Shown here: positions 27,452 to 37,753 of the stretch, in pieces | Layout: each line of letters begins with the position of its first letter | Numbering within the stretch: the first letter of the stretch is position 1 | Assembly: GCA_020354555.1 (NCBI GenBank) | Contig: CP070648.1 | Span: 1,281,336-1,345,335, forward strand | DNA from: Armatimonadota bacterium | Lineage (GTDB): Bacteria; Armatimonadota; Hebobacteria; GCA-020354555; CP070648 | Direction: 5' to 3' | DNA: 64,000 nucleotides | Translations under genes and position numbers: made by a program | Notes under the pieces: generated by a model | Told to the model about the DNA's origin: nothing | What the model saw: the letters and a program-made list of their open reading frames with translations, nothing else | Database searches by the model: none

Positions 27452-28351
27452 TCAGCGTCCTCGGAGCGGCGAGGGCCAAAGCAGCTTCGCGCGATGCTGC
27501 GAGACGCGCACGTGCACCGGCGTCTCGCACTGCACATCGCCATCAACGAGCACGTGACGCGACTGCTCGAACGTTTCGATCGTGACTTCCCGGCCTCGCC
27601 ATGTGCGAACGGCGGGATGCGTCAGGTGAGTTCCGCGAAAGACCCTCGGGAGATTGCGCAGGAAAGCGACACGGCTCACGTGCTGCACCAGAACTACGTC
27701 GAGCAGGCCGTCCGCGATCTCGGCCTTGGGCGCGATCTTCATTCCCGCGCCGTAGGAGCGCGCGTTCGCGACCGCCAGCAGAAGCGCCTCGCCTTCCCAT
27801 GTTTCGCCATCCACGGTCAGACGCACCGGGGTGGATCGATAGGCAATCAGCTCCTGCGCCACCGCGAATAGGTACCCGACCGGTCCGGCGACCAGCGGCC
27901 CGTGATGATTCATGCGCAGCGTGACCTGCGCATCGAAACCGACTCCCATGATGTTGACCGACCACAGCAGCCCGTCATTGATCTCCAGCAGGTCAACGTC
28001 AGCCGTGCGCCCCGGTATGAGTTGCCGTGCCGCGACAGCGGGGTTGCGGCTGAGGCCGATGGTTCGCGCGAAGTCGTTCCCGGTGCCGCACGGGATAAGC
28101 CCGGCGGGGATGCCGGTGTCGAGCAGCCCCGCGAGCGCCTGCGACAGCGTGCCATCCCCGCCGCAGGCCAGTACTGCATCGAAGCTCTGAGCGGCAGCCT
28201 GGCGCGCGAGCCGCTCCGCGTCGCCCGCGCATAGAGTCACGGCCGTCGCGACTTCCCACCCCGCGCGCTGGAATTCGGTTCTCGCGCGCGATGCCGCGAC
28301 GGCTCCGCGATTCCTACCGGCTCTCGGGTTGACGACGAGTGATGCGCGCAT
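27452..28351 (-). CDS. Diacylglycerol-kinase-family lipid kinase (YegS/DagK catalytic domain).
   Basis: DAGK_cat motifs: FDAVLACGGDGTLSQ, GLIPCGTGNDFAR. Confidence 0.7.
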   Translation of the reverse strand: MRASLVVNPRAGRNRGAVAASRARTEFQRAGWEVATAVTLCAGDAERLARQAAAQSFDAVLACGGDGTLSQALAGLLDTGIPAGLIPCGTGNDFARTIGLSRNPAVAARQLIPGRTADVDLLEINDGLLWSVNIMGVGFDAQVTLRMNHHGPLVAGPVGYLFAVAQELIAYRSTPVRLTVDGETWEGEALLLAVANARSYGAGMKIAPKAEIADGLLDVVLVQHVSRVAFLRNLPRVFRGTHLTHPAVRTWRGREVTIETFEQSRHVLVDGDVQCETPVHVRVSQHRAKLLWPSPLRGR

Positions 28352-28507
28352 GGTTCAGCAATCCGGCAGTCGCGGAGTCACTTCTAACGCGGCGCCCGTT
28401 TCCCTTCTGGCTTGCCGCTAGCGGTGGCGTCAGCGGCACAGCGCGAGGGCGGCACGACGCCCCACAGGGCGCGCTCCCGGCTTCGCCCGTCGCACGGAGC
28501 GAAGCCG

Positions 28508-29548
28508 TCAGGCGCTCGACAGCGCCCGCCTCGCCTGCGCGATATCTCGACGGATTTGCTCCTGCAAAGCTTGGCCGTCGGGGAACGCTCGTTCCTCTCG
28601 CAGGCGAGTGACGAGGTCTAGCGTAATCGTGCGGTCGTACAGGTCGCCGGGCTCGCCTTCCAGGACATGCGCTTCGACGCAGGCGGCAGGATCGGAAGGC
28701 CGGGTGCGGTTTGCAGGAAAGGTCGGGCGCACGCCGACATTGGCCACCGCCGGGATCGCGGGGCGACGCTCGTCGTCGATGCGCCGGGGCGGATCGAGTT
28801 CGCCGTCCGGCGCGCTCGTCGAATCCGAAGCGCCGCTCCGCTCGCATTCGGCGCGACCCTCGATGCGCGCCCATACCGCATAGACGCCATGGGGCGGCAG
28901 CAACTTGTCGCGACTGACGCACAGGTTCGCGGTGGGGAAGCCCAACTCTCGGCCCCGCCGGTCGCCGGGCGTCACAGATCCCCGGATCGTGTAGTAATGA
29001 CCGAGAAGCACCGCGGCGCGCTCGATGTTGCCGGAGGAGATCAACTGCCGCACTACGGTGCTCGAGACCTCGGTGTCGTCCACCGCCACGCGCTTGACCG
29101 CCGAGGCTTCGAATCCTAGCTTGCGGCCGAGTTCCGCGAGGATTGCGGCATTTCCCCTTGCGCCGCGCCCAAAGACGAAACCATCACCGGCGACAACGCA
29201 CCGCGCCGCCAACTGCTCCACCAGGACGCAGTGTGCGAATTCCTCTGCGGTCAGGCTGGCGAAGGCGCGATCGAACTGCGCGACGACAAGCGCCTCGATC
29301 CCCGTCTCCGCAATCAGCGCCGCGCGCTCCGGCAGCGTCGTCAGCAGCAGCGGCGCTTGACGGGGCCTGAGCACTCGTTCCGGGTGAGGATCGAACGTAA
29401 GCGCGGCCGCCACTAGGCCGGCTTCGCGCGCGCCAGCGACGGCTTGGCGCAGAACCGCCTGATGTCCGACGTGGACCCCGTCGAACACGCCGACGGCGAC
29501 GCAAGTAGGCGAGAGCACGCCTGCTTTGATTTCGCGCAGAATCTCCAT
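28508..29548 (-). CDS. ribF: Bifunctional riboflavin kinase / FMN adenylyltransferase.
   Basis: N-terminal nucleotidyltransferase VGVFDGVHVGHQ. C-terminal riboflavin kinase region RGRELGFPTANL. Confidence 0.8.
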   Translation of the reverse strand: MEILREIKAGVLSPTCVAVGVFDGVHVGHQAVLRQAVAGAREAGLVAAALTFDPHPERVLRPRQAPLLLTTLPERAALIAETGIEALVVAQFDRAFASLTAEEFAHCVLVEQLAARCVVAGDGFVFGRGARGNAAILAELGRKLGFEASAVKRVAVDDTEVSSTVVRQLISSGNIERAAVLLGHYYTIRGSVTPGDRRGRELGFPTANLCVSRDKLLPPHGVYAVWARIEGRAECERSGASDSTSAPDGELDPPRRIDDERRPAIPAVANVGVRPTFPANRTRPSDPAACVEAHVLEGEPGDLYDRTITLDLVTRLREERAFPDGQALQEQIRRDIAQARRALSSA

Positions 29549-29604
29549 AGACGCTCAGACCGTCACACCGCGGTTGCCGCTCACGTCGGATGACACCTGG
29601 CTGC

Positions 29605-30573
29605 TTAGATGACGACAACACGAGGCCGCAGCGTAGCGCCCCGCGGTTCGCCGAGGCCGATGAACCGGCCTGCCGCATCGTACATGCGCGCCATGCCGCA
29701 GGCGTCGAGCGTTCCGCTCACCTCGACCGTGCTGCCATGCGCTACCAGACGCGCCTCCCGTGGTTCGAGCGTGACTGCCGGCAGCGATGACAGGGGCTCG
29801 TCCAGCGGGCGCAGCAGTCCCTCGAAGCGCCCGCCTGCGATTGCCTCCTCGACCCGTTCGATGGTAACGCTGTCCGCGATATCGAACGGACCGGATCGAG
29901 TGCGCACGAGGAACGAAAGGCAACCGCCGCACCCCAGCACCTCACCGAGATCGGCCGCCAAAGAGCGGATATACGTCCCCTTCGAGCATTCAACCGCTAT
30001 CCTGGCGCGCGGCAGGCGGGCAGTTACCGCAGCGACCGAATCGAGCCCCGCCTCGCCGCCGGTCGCCTCGACGGGCGGCGAGGCGCGTTCCGCCGGCACA
30101 CCCTCGTGGAAATCCAGCAGCCGCAACGAATGGACCTGCACCGTGCGCGTTCGGCGAGGCACATCCTGCCCCTGCCGCGCCAACTCATAGAGACGGGCGC
30201 CGTCCGCGTGCACGGCGGAATACGCCGGCGCGCTCTGTTCAATTTCGCCCTCGAACCGCGTCAGCTCTCTCTCGATCTGCTGGGCACTCAGGCCCGAGAA
30301 GTCCCGCTCGGAGGTGATCTGCCCCTCGGCATCGAGGGTATCGGTAGTTATGCCGAACGTGATCTCACCGACATACGCCTTGTCGCTCTCGACCACCCAC
30401 TTGCTGAGCCGCCGTGCTCTGCCGACGCACAACACGAGCACGCCGGCGGCCGCGCGATCGAGCGTGCCGGTGTGACCCGCCGCTGTGTGCGTTAGCCGGC
30501 GCAGCCACACCACGGCATCGTGCGACGTCATCCCCGGCGGTTTGATGAGATTGAGGAACCCGTCTGCCGCCAT
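29605..30573 (-). CDS. truB: tRNA pseudouridine(55) synthase.
   Basis: GFLNLIKPPGMTSHD...AGHTGTLD..AAGVLVL catalytic-Asp motif. C-terminal PUA-like extension. Confidence 0.8.
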   Translation of the reverse strand: MAADGFLNLIKPPGMTSHDAVVWLRRLTHTAAGHTGTLDRAAAGVLVLCVGRARRLSKWVVESDKAYVGEITFGITTDTLDAEGQITSERDFSGLSAQQIERELTRFEGEIEQSAPAYSAVHADGARLYELARQGQDVPRRTRTVQVHSLRLLDFHEGVPAERASPPVEATGGEAGLDSVAAVTARLPRARIAVECSKGTYIRSLAADLGEVLGCGGCLSFLVRTRSGPFDIADSVTIERVEEAIAGGRFEGLLRPLDEPLSSLPAVTLEPREARLVAHGSTVEVSGTLDACGMARMYDAAGRFIGLGEPRGATLRPRVVVI

Positions 30574-30576
30574 CTC

Positions 30577-31554
30577 CTACTCCCGCGACAGAGCTTCGAC
30601 GAGGGCGGGGAGAACCCGATCCTGGGCCTGTGGCATGGGGCCGGGAACGGTGCAGCCGGCGGCGTTCGTATGTCCGCCGCCGCCGAAACGCAGCGCAACC
30701 TCGCCGACGTCTATCGCGCCCTGGGAGCGGAGGCTCACGCGAACGCCCCCGTCGGGCAATGCGACAAAGAGAGCCGCGGCGCGCGCCTGGCGCACCGCGC
30801 GCAAGTGGTCAATGATGCCCTCGGTCTCATCCGGGGTGCTGCCGGCGCTTCGGAAGTCATCTTGAGTCAGCGTGGAGAAAATGACGCCACCTTCGGCCGT
30901 CTGGCTCAGGCGCCCCAGCGCGAGGCCGAGGAGCCGGCTCGCCGAGAAGGACTTGCTCTCATATACTTCGCGGTAGATCCGCTGCGGGTTGGCGCCGGCG
31001 CGCACGAGCGCGGCCGCAATGCGCAGCACCCGCGGGCTGGTATTGCTGTAGCAGAACCTCCCGGTGTCAGTGAGGATGGCGGTGTAGAGGCAGGTCGCGA
31101 TATCGGGACTCACGGCCACGTCCATCGCTCTGAGCAGCCGGTACACCATCTCGCCGGTGGCGGCAGCGCGCGGGTCCACCCACTGCACGTCGCCGAAGGC
31201 CTTCTCAGTGGCGTGGTGGTCAATGTCAACCGTCGTGCACACGCGCTCCAGACCCAAGGCGAGCCGCCCGACGCGGGAGCGCCCGTCGCTGTCCACCGCA
31301 ATCGCCAGCATCGGAGGCTGTGCCGGAAAGTCACTGGCGATGCGCTCGGCGCCGGGGAGGAAGCGGTAGATGGCAGGCACGGGATCAGCGCACAGCGGCG
31401 CGGTTCGTATTCCAAGCGACTCCAGGCCCAACGCGAGGCCGAGCAGGGACCCGAGGGCATCGCCGTCAGGATTGACGTGCGTCAGCATCAGGCAGCTTCT
31501 ATGCCGCCGGATCAGATCCGCTATCTGTTGGATCCTCTGTGGGACGCGAGTCAC
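30577..31554 (-). CDS. nrnA: DHH/DHHA1 phosphoesterase, NrnA-type nanoRNase/pAp phosphatase.
   Basis: LTHVNPDGDALGS DHH motif, then DHH...GGGH DHHA1 elements (RFGGGGHTNAAG). If the start is 31554, it overlaps the rbfA 3' end by ~56 nt. An alternative ATG at 31488 removes the overlap. Confidence 0.7.
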   Translation of the reverse strand: MTRVPQRIQQIADLIRRHRSCLMLTHVNPDGDALGSLLGLALGLESLGIRTAPLCADPVPAIYRFLPGAERIASDFPAQPPMLAIAVDSDGRSRVGRLALGLERVCTTVDIDHHATEKAFGDVQWVDPRAAATGEMVYRLLRAMDVAVSPDIATCLYTAILTDTGRFCYSNTSPRVLRIAAALVRAGANPQRIYREVYESKSFSASRLLGLALGRLSQTAEGGVIFSTLTQDDFRSAGSTPDETEGIIDHLRAVRQARAAALFVALPDGGVRVSLRSQGAIDVGEVALRFGGGGHTNAAGCTVPGPMPQAQDRVLPALVEALSRE

Positions 31555-31969
31555 GTTTCACCTGTTCGAGCAGTTCGTGGATGCGGGCGCCCCGCGCCGC
31601 GGACTCATCGCGGCGGAACTCGAGTTCGGGGATGTAGCGCAGACGCACGGTCTTCCCCAGTTCGCCGCGGATGAAGCCCGCCGCGCCATCGAGGACGGCA
31701 AGGCTGGCGACCGCCTCGTCGTCGCTGCCGAAGACGCTGGCGAAGACGCGTGCGTGGCGCAGGTCGGCGGTGACCTCGACGTCGGTGATGCTGATCATGC
31801 CGATGCGCGGGTCCTTCAGTTGGCGCTTGATGATATGGCTGATCTCCTGCCGCAGCAGTTGACCAACGCGCTCCTGCCGCTGAGTGGGCACGACGCACCT
31901 CATTGCGTTCTGTAATCGGAGGCCGGCACGCCCTGTTCGCGCCGGTGGCGCGGCGCTCGACAGCGTCAT
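31499..31969 (-). CDS. rbfA: Ribosome-binding factor A.
   Basis: RbfA core QERVGQLLRQEISHIIKRQLKDPRIGMISITDVEVTADLRHARVF. The ATG at 31969 overlaps the upstream DUF503 stop (ATGA). A shorter start at 31903 is also possible. Confidence 0.75.
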   Translation of the reverse strand: MTLSSAAPPARTGRAGLRLQNAMRCVVPTQRQERVGQLLRQEISHIIKRQLKDPRIGMISITDVEVTADLRHARVFASVFGSDDEAVASLAVLDGAAGFIRGELGKTVRLRYIPELEFRRDESAARGARIHELLEQVKRDSRPTEDPTDSGSDPAA

Positions 31970-32250
31970 AACATCTCGATGTCGTGGGACAACAGCGCGG
32001 CTCGCGGCTCAGACTCGACCAGGTCAACCGCCTTCTCCAATATCGAATGGACCACCGCCTGGTCATTGGCAACGGCACAGATCGCCAGCGTCGCGAAACG
32101 CGGTGAGTCGAGGTGATCCACCTCTGCCGCGGCGACGTTGAACCGCCTGCGCAGACGGTCGAGCAGACCTTTAACGACCTGCCGCTTGTCCTTGAGCGTG
32201 AGGCTGTCCGTGACCTCGAGTTCGAGCGTGCCGGCGCCGATGGAATACAT
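31966..32250 (-). CDS. DUF503 (YlxP-like) protein.
   Basis: 94 aa. Position between infB and rbfA as in the Bacillus ylxP locus. ACT-like small-domain pattern. Confidence 0.55.
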   Translation of the reverse strand: MYSIGAGTLELEVTDSLTLKDKRQVVKGLLDRLRRRFNVAAAEVDHLDSPRFATLAICAVANDQAVVHSILEKAVDLVESEPRAALLSHDIEML

Positions 32251-32326
32251 GGGCGTAATCCACTTCCGGGCTGCAGCGCGTGTGTGTCCTAAGTCCGGTG
32301 GAGCCAGCGCGCACGAATCACGCGCG

Positions 32327-34660
32327 CTAGATGACCTCGCGACGTACTTCGCGCATGGTGAAGGCCTGGATCACGTCTCCAGGCTCGACCTGCTCGAAGC
32401 CCTCAATCCCGATGCCGCACTCAAAGCCTTCGCCAATCTCCCGCACGTCGTCCTTGAGGTGGCGGAGAGAGGCGATCTTCCCCTCGTGCACCACTTCGTC
32501 CCCGCGCAAGACGCGCACATCCGCGCCGCGTGCGATCGTACCCTCGGTGACGTAGCAGCCCGCAATCGTGCCCAGTCGGGAAATCTTGAACAACTGGCGC
32601 ACCTCCGCGCGTCCGGTGAGCACCGTCTCGTACTCGGGCTCCAGCATGCCCGTCATGGCGGCTTTGACGTCGTCGAGCAGGTCGTAAATGACCTGATAGA
32701 TGCGAACGTCCACGCCCTGCTCCCCGGCGACCTCGCGCGCGGCAGACTCGATATTGACATGAAAACCGATGATGACTGCCTGCGACGCCTGCGCCAGCAT
32801 GACGTCGGAATCGGAGATGTCGCCGACACCGGCGTGGATCACCCGCACGCGCACCTCGGGATGCTCGATACTTGTCAGCGACTGCGAGATGGCTTCGACC
32901 GAACCCTGAACGTCGGCCTTGAGGACGACGTTCAACTCCTTGACCTCCCCGGCCTCGATGCGCTGGTAGAGATCCTCCAGGCTCATGCGCTGCGCGGCCT
33001 GAATGCGGTTCGCACGATGCCGATTCTGCCGCGACGATGCCACCTGCTTCGCGGCCCTTTCGTCATCCACGAGCTCAAGCGTATCGCCCGCCTCGGGCAC
33101 GGTGTCCAGGCCCATGATCACGGCGGGCATCGCCGGCCCCGCCTCCGCGATCGGCTCGCTGGTATCGTTGAGCATCGCGCGGATCTTGCCCCCGGCCAGC
33201 CCGGCCACTACGGCGTCGCCCGTGCGCAGCGTGCCCTCGCGTACCAGCGCCGTCACCAGCGGCCCGACGCGCCGGTCGAGCTCGGCCTCGATGACGGTCG
33301 CCGTGGCCGGCGCGTCCGGGTCGGCCTTCAGCTCCTGCACCTCGGCGACGACGAGGATCATCTCCAACAGACTGTCAATCCCGGTCCCGTTGAGCGCGGA
33401 GATATTGACGAAGACCGTGTCGCCGCCCCATTCCTCCGGCGTCAAGCCCTGCTCCGCAAGCTGCTGGCGCGTCCGCTCCGGGTTCGCCTGGGGGCGGTCA
33501 ATCTTGTTGACCGCGACAATGATCGGCACCCCCGCGGCGCGAGCGTGGTTGATGGCCTCGATGGTCTGCGGCATGACGCCGTCGTCTGCGGCAACTACGA
33601 GAACCGCGATGTCGGTCACATTGGCGCCGCGCGCGCGCATCGCGGTGAACGCCTCGTGCCCCGGTGTGTCAACGAACGTGATCCCCTTGCCGCCAACCTC
33701 GACGTGATAGGCGCCGATGTGCTGCGTGATGCCGCCGACTTCCTGCTCCGTGACCTTGGCGTGCCGGATCGTGTCGAGGAGCGTGGTCTTGCCGTGATCC
33801 ACGTGTCCCAGCACCGTGACGATAGGAGATCGCGGGAGCGATTGTTTCGTGGCGGCGCGGGCCTCGGACGCCTCGAGGGCGGCCTCGAGCGCCTCGTCCG
33901 TGGGTTCCTCGATTGTGACCTCTCGACCCAACGCTGCGCCAACACGGGTGAGCGCGTCAGGCTCGAGCACCTTGTTGACGTTGGCGACGATGCCCATGTC
34001 CAACAGAGCGCCGAGCAGCCGCGCCGGCTCCGATTTCAGCAGTGCTGCGAATTCCTTGACCGACATCGCGGTTGAGACCGCGACCGGCTGCTTGGTGGGT
34101 TTCGGCTGAGCTGGCTCTTTCTCGGTCCTCGCCTTGGCGCGCGCGCGCCGGATCGTGGGCAGGCGTCGCGGCGGGACGCGTAGCCGCACTGGCGGCTTGA
34201 GGGCCCCCGCGGGCGCCTCTTTGGGACGCCGTTCCTGGGCGACGCGAAGCAGGGGCGCGACGACCTTGCTGACCTTCGGTTCGGCGGGCTTGGTGGGCCG
34301 CGCGCGCTTCTCCGGTCCCGCGGGTGCGCGGGGCACGGCGGCCGCCTTGTCCGGCAATTGCTCCGGTGCCTTCTCGGCGACCTTGGCCTTCGGGATCTTC
34401 CTGACCGTGGTTGGCGCCGCGGGTTTGCCAGCGGGGGCTTCCGCAGGCGCAGCGGGTGCCGGCTCCGCGGCGGCCGCCACAGGCGCCTCCAGCAGCGCGC
34501 GCACCTGATCGCCCTTGCCGAGCGTCTCCGCCACCCGAAGCGCATCCGCGTCTTTCAGCGCGGTGTTGACGGTACGTGCCTTGACCCCTAGCTCGTCAAG
34601 TGTCGCCTTGAGCTTCGGCAGGGCGATTCCCAGTTCTTTTGATAACTCGATAACCTTCAT
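32327..34660 (-). CDS. infB: Translation initiation factor IF-2.
   Basis: Start reassigned to [12 protein letters not shown]... (ATG 34660). G-domain [24 protein letters not shown]. The ORF-track N-terminal extension is Arg-rich and was discarded. Confidence 0.9.
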   Translation of the reverse strand: MKVIELSKELGIALPKLKATLDELGVKARTVNTALKDADALRVAETLGKGDQVRALLEAPVAAAAEPAPAAPAEAPAGKPAAPTTVRKIPKAKVAEKAPEQLPDKAAAVPRAPAGPEKRARPTKPAEPKVSKVVAPLLRVAQERRPKEAPAGALKPPVRLRVPPRRLPTIRRARAKARTEKEPAQPKPTKQPVAVSTAMSVKEFAALLKSEPARLLGALLDMGIVANVNKVLEPDALTRVGAALGREVTIEEPTDEALEAALEASEARAATKQSLPRSPIVTVLGHVDHGKTTLLDTIRHAKVTEQEVGGITQHIGAYHVEVGGKGITFVDTPGHEAFTAMRARGANVTDIAVLVVAADDGVMPQTIEAINHARAAGVPIIVAVNKIDRPQANPERTRQQLAEQGLTPEEWGGDTVFVNISALNGTGIDSLLEMILVVAEVQELKADPDAPATATVIEAELDRRVGPLVTALVREGTLRTGDAVVAGLAGGKIRAMLNDTSEPIAEAGPAMPAVIMGLDTVPEAGDTLELVDDERAAKQVASSRQNRHRANRIQAAQRMSLEDLYQRIEAGEVKELNVVLKADVQGSVEAISQSLTSIEHPEVRVRVIHAGVGDISDSDVMLAQASQAVIIGFHVNIESAAREVAGEQGVDVRIYQVIYDLLDDVKAAMTGMLEPEYETVLTGRAEVRQLFKISRLGTIAGCYVTEGTIARGADVRVLRGDEVVHEGKIASLRHLKDDVREIGEGFECGIGIEGFEQVEPGDVIQAFTMREVRREVI

Positions 34661-34715
34661 ACTATCTCGGCCGGACTCCCGCGGTTTCGCACACCCGGAT
34701 CGGGCGCCCCCGGAT

Positions 34716-34994
34716 CTACCTGGCGTCCGATCCGACCGCCCTCGCCGACTGCAGCATACGCTGAACGGCTTCCTCCGGCAGCGACTGCCCCAGCGCCCGG
34801 CGCACAGCTCCCTTGTGGGCAATTCGCTCGACGCATTCGCTGCGTCGGCACACGTATGCTCCCCGCCCCGTCGCACCTCCGGTCGGATCGAACTCGACCC
34901 GACCCTCCGGTGTGCGCACCACCCGCATCAGTTCGGCCTTCGGCCGCTGATTGCGGCACGCCACACACGTGCGCATCGGGACGTGGCGCGGCAT
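34716..34994 (-). CDS. ylxR: YlxR/DUF448 family RNA-binding protein.
   Basis: MPRHVPMRTCVACR...GRGAYVC Cys motif characteristic of YlxR. AAGGAG RBS upstream. Lies between nusA and infB. Confidence 0.7.
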   Translation of the reverse strand: MPRHVPMRTCVACRNQRPKAELMRVVRTPEGRVEFDPTGGATGRGAYVCRRSECVERIAHKGAVRRALGQSLPEEAVQRMLQSARAVGSDAR

Positions 34995-35009
34995 ACTGCG
35001 TTGAACTCC

Positions 35010-36449
35010 TTATTTCGCCGACTCGTCCGCGACAGCAACGGCCGCCGCCGCCTCCTGCCCGCCTTCTTCCGTCGCGGCCTCGGGTTCGCTCTCGCCGCTG
35101 GCCTCTTCGGTCGCTGCGGGCGCCGGCGACTCTTCGGGTTCGCCGGTCTGCTCAGGCGTCTCGTCTGCGACAGAGGTCTCCGGTTCGGCCGCAGCCTCCG
35201 CTTGAGCTTCAGGCTCCGCCTCGGCTTCCTCGCCGACTTCCCCCTCGGCTGGCGCCTCGACGGCTGATTCGTCGCGCTCTCCGCCGACCACGAACTCGGC
35301 AGACGGCTCGCCGACTTCCTCCGCGCCGACCGGCCCGTCTTCGTCGGCATCCGCGGCGCCGGAGATCGTCGCAGTGGCCCGCGCATCCAATTCGGCGTAC
35401 ATCGCCTCTTCCATCTCGGCGATTTGGGTCTCGCTGCGGATATCTATGCGCCATCCCGTCAGCCGCGCCGCCAGCCGGACATTCTGACCTTCCTTGCCGA
35501 TGGCAAGGGAGAGTTGGTTGTCGGGGACGATAACCGTCGCCGTCTTCTGATCCTCGTCCACGACCACCTCGTTGACGCGCGCCGGGCTGAGCGCACTGGC
35601 GAGGTAGCGCGACATCTCGTCGCTCCAGCGCACGATGTCAATCTTCTCGCCGCGCAGCTCGTCCACCACGGCTTGTACCCGGCTGCCGCGATGGCCGACG
35701 CACGCGCCGACCGGATCAACGTTGTCCTGGCGGGAGAAAACCGCGACTTTGGAGCGCAGGCCGGCCTCGCGAGCGATAGCCTTGATTTCGACCACGCCGT
35801 CGTGGACCTCCGGCACCTCCAGCTCGAACAGCCGCCGCAGCAGCCCCGGATGACTGCGCGAAACCAGGACATGCGGCGTCTTCGTCGTGCGCTTGACCTC
35901 GACGACATAGACCTTGAGCCGCTCCCCAAAGCGGCACGCATCCGACGACATCTGCTCCGACGCCGGGAGCAGGGCTTCCACCTTACCGACGTTGATGAAC
36001 ACCGACCGCCCGGTGCGGCGCTGGACGATGCCGGTGACGACCTCTCCCGCGCGATCGCTGAACTCGGAGAAGATGATCTCGCGCTCCGCCTCGCGGATGC
36101 GCTGAACCACTACTTGCTTGGCGGTCTGGGCGGCGATGCGACCGAAGTTCTCGGGCGTCACCTCGATATCAACGCTCTCCCCGACCTCGATGCCGGCATC
36201 CAGCTTGCGCGCGTCTTCGATTGATAGCTCGACGTTTGTATCCTCGACCGTCTCCACCACGAGCTTGCGCGCGTAAATGCTGGCGCGCGAGTCATCCCAG
36301 TCGATCTCGACGTGAATCTCGCCTGCCGAACCGTAGTGCTTGCGGTATGCCGAAACCAGAGCCGCCTCGAGGATCTCCTCGAGCGTCTCCAGCGGTATGT
36401 CTTTTTCTTTCTCTATGTCCCGCAGGGCTTGTACGAAGTCCATTTGCAT
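35010..36449 (-). CDS. nusA: Transcription termination/antitermination factor NusA with a long acidic low-complexity C-terminal tail.
   Basis: N-terminal domain, S1, KH1/KH2 (IGKEGQNVRLAARLTGW), then ~140 aa Glu/Ala/Pro-rich tail. AAGGAG RBS 9 nt upstream of the ATG at 36449. Confidence 0.85.
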   Translation of the reverse strand: MQMDFVQALRDIEKEKDIPLETLEEILEAALVSAYRKHYGSAGEIHVEIDWDDSRASIYARKLVVETVEDTNVELSIEDARKLDAGIEVGESVDIEVTPENFGRIAAQTAKQVVVQRIREAEREIIFSEFSDRAGEVVTGIVQRRTGRSVFINVGKVEALLPASEQMSSDACRFGERLKVYVVEVKRTTKTPHVLVSRSHPGLLRRLFELEVPEVHDGVVEIKAIAREAGLRSKVAVFSRQDNVDPVGACVGHRGSRVQAVVDELRGEKIDIVRWSDEMSRYLASALSPARVNEVVVDEDQKTATVIVPDNQLSLAIGKEGQNVRLAARLTGWRIDIRSETQIAEMEEAMYAELDARATATISGAADADEDGPVGAEEVGEPSAEFVVGGERDESAVEAPAEGEVGEEAEAEPEAQAEAAAEPETSVADETPEQTGEPEESPAPAATEEASGESEPEAATEEGGQEAAAAVAVADESAK

Positions 36450-36471
36450 CGCCCTACGCTCCTTAACGCCA

Positions 36472-36494
36472 AAGAGTGGGAGAACCCCACTCTT
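36472..36494 (-). promoter_or_regulatory. Stem-loop in the nusA leader, ~25 nt upstream of the nusA RBS.
   Basis: aagagtggg-agaac-cccactctt (9-bp perfect stem). On the minus strand it is followed by uggcguu, then AAGGAG and the ATG. Confidence 0.3.
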
Positions 36495-36670
36495 CGGTCG
36501 CTACGTCACACCGGATTCAATGCTAGTATATCACACAACGCGGGCCTTGACAAGGACGGGAAGGAGCAGCAGTGAGAGCGTCGCGCGAGCCACGCCGGGC
36601 GCGGCGCCGCGGCTGACCCTGGGGATTCCGGAGGACCGATGCAGCACGGTCCGCATCTGCCGTGTCGGTC

Positions 36671-37678
36671 CTACGCGCAGTCGAGCGAGGGCACCGGCAC
36701 GACACGGCCCGTCTCCAGGGATTCAATCGCCGCCTGGATAACGTTCTGTGCGGCCAGCCCGTCAGATCCCGAGCCGTCAATCCTAGCCGGAGCGGCGCCC
36801 TGCGACACTTGCTCCAGGAACCGATGAATGCGGCGGCGGAAGGTGTCCGGAAAGCCCGTCATGCCGCCGCAGATGGGGTTGGTGATGACGGCCTTCTCGT
36901 CCGACCGACGCGGGTAGAAGGTGAGTTCCTTGTACATGTCCACGAGGACGAATCGCCCCTCGGTGCCTGCCACTTCGCAGCGCTCCATGGGATGCCCGCG
37001 CATGATGTCGTAGCTGCCGGTCAGATGGCCGATGGCACCGCTCGCGAACTTCATGTTGAACTGAGCGGTTGACCAGATCTTCCGTCCCGGCGCCTTCACG
37101 GCGAAGCAGTGCACCTGCTCGATCTCGCCGCAGAAGTATCGCATGACATCGATCGTGTGCGGGTGCAGCGCCTTGAGGTGGAAATACGGCGAACTCTCGG
37201 CTGGGTTGCCGATCCACATCGACATGTTGATGAAGAGGAGGGCCCCAAGCCGGCGCTCGTCCACCCATTCCCTGGCTTTGGCCGCCGCGGGGGTGAAGCG
37301 ATGATTGAGATTGGTGCCGAGGCACACCTTCATCTCCCGCGCTTTGAGCACCATCTCGCGCGCCTGCGGCACCTCGTTGCTCAGCGGCTTCTCGCATAGA
37401 ACGTGGCAGCCGCGCTCCAGCGCCTGCATCGTCGGTCGGTGGTGATCGCTGCCGTACTCATGCCCGCCGGTCGCCACGCTCACCAGGTCCGGGCGCAGCG
37501 TGTCGAGCATCTCAACTGCGTCGTGGAAGCCGGGCACGCCTAGACGCGCGCTGGCGTCTTCGGCGCGCTCCTTGATGACGTCACACACACCGACGAGGTC
37601 AGCCAACTCGTCTTCCTGATAGATATCGGCATGGCGATTCCCGATCGGCCCCATGCCTATGACACACACTCGCAGCAT
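36671..37678 (-). CDS. Gfo/Idh/MocA family oxidoreductase.
   Basis: LRVCVIGMGPIGNRHA Rossmann start. EKPLS conserved motif. C-terminal alpha/beta dimerisation domain. Confidence 0.75.
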   Translation of the reverse strand: MLRVCVIGMGPIGNRHADIYQEDELADLVGVCDVIKERAEDASARLGVPGFHDAVEMLDTLRPDLVSVATGGHEYGSDHHRPTMQALERGCHVLCEKPLSNEVPQAREMVLKAREMKVCLGTNLNHRFTPAAAKAREWVDERRLGALLFINMSMWIGNPAESSPYFHLKALHPHTIDVMRYFCGEIEQVHCFAVKAPGRKIWSTAQFNMKFASGAIGHLTGSYDIMRGHPMERCEVAGTEGRFVLVDMYKELTFYPRRSDEKAVITNPICGGMTGFPDTFRRRIHRFLEQVSQGAAPARIDGSGSDGLAAQNVIQAAIESLETGRVVPVPSLDCA

Positions 37679-37753
37679 AGTCAGTGCGATTGCCCCGGAT
37701 CAGCGCCGTGCGATGCTGATGGTCGTGCGGCGAGGGCACAGCATGCTGGGCCC

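Noticed and set aside
34661-34876. 72-aa N-terminal extension of infB in the ORF track.
   Set aside because: The canonical IF-2 N-terminus [11 protein letters not shown] begins at the ATG at 34660. The extension is Arg/Cys-rich and overlaps ylxR.
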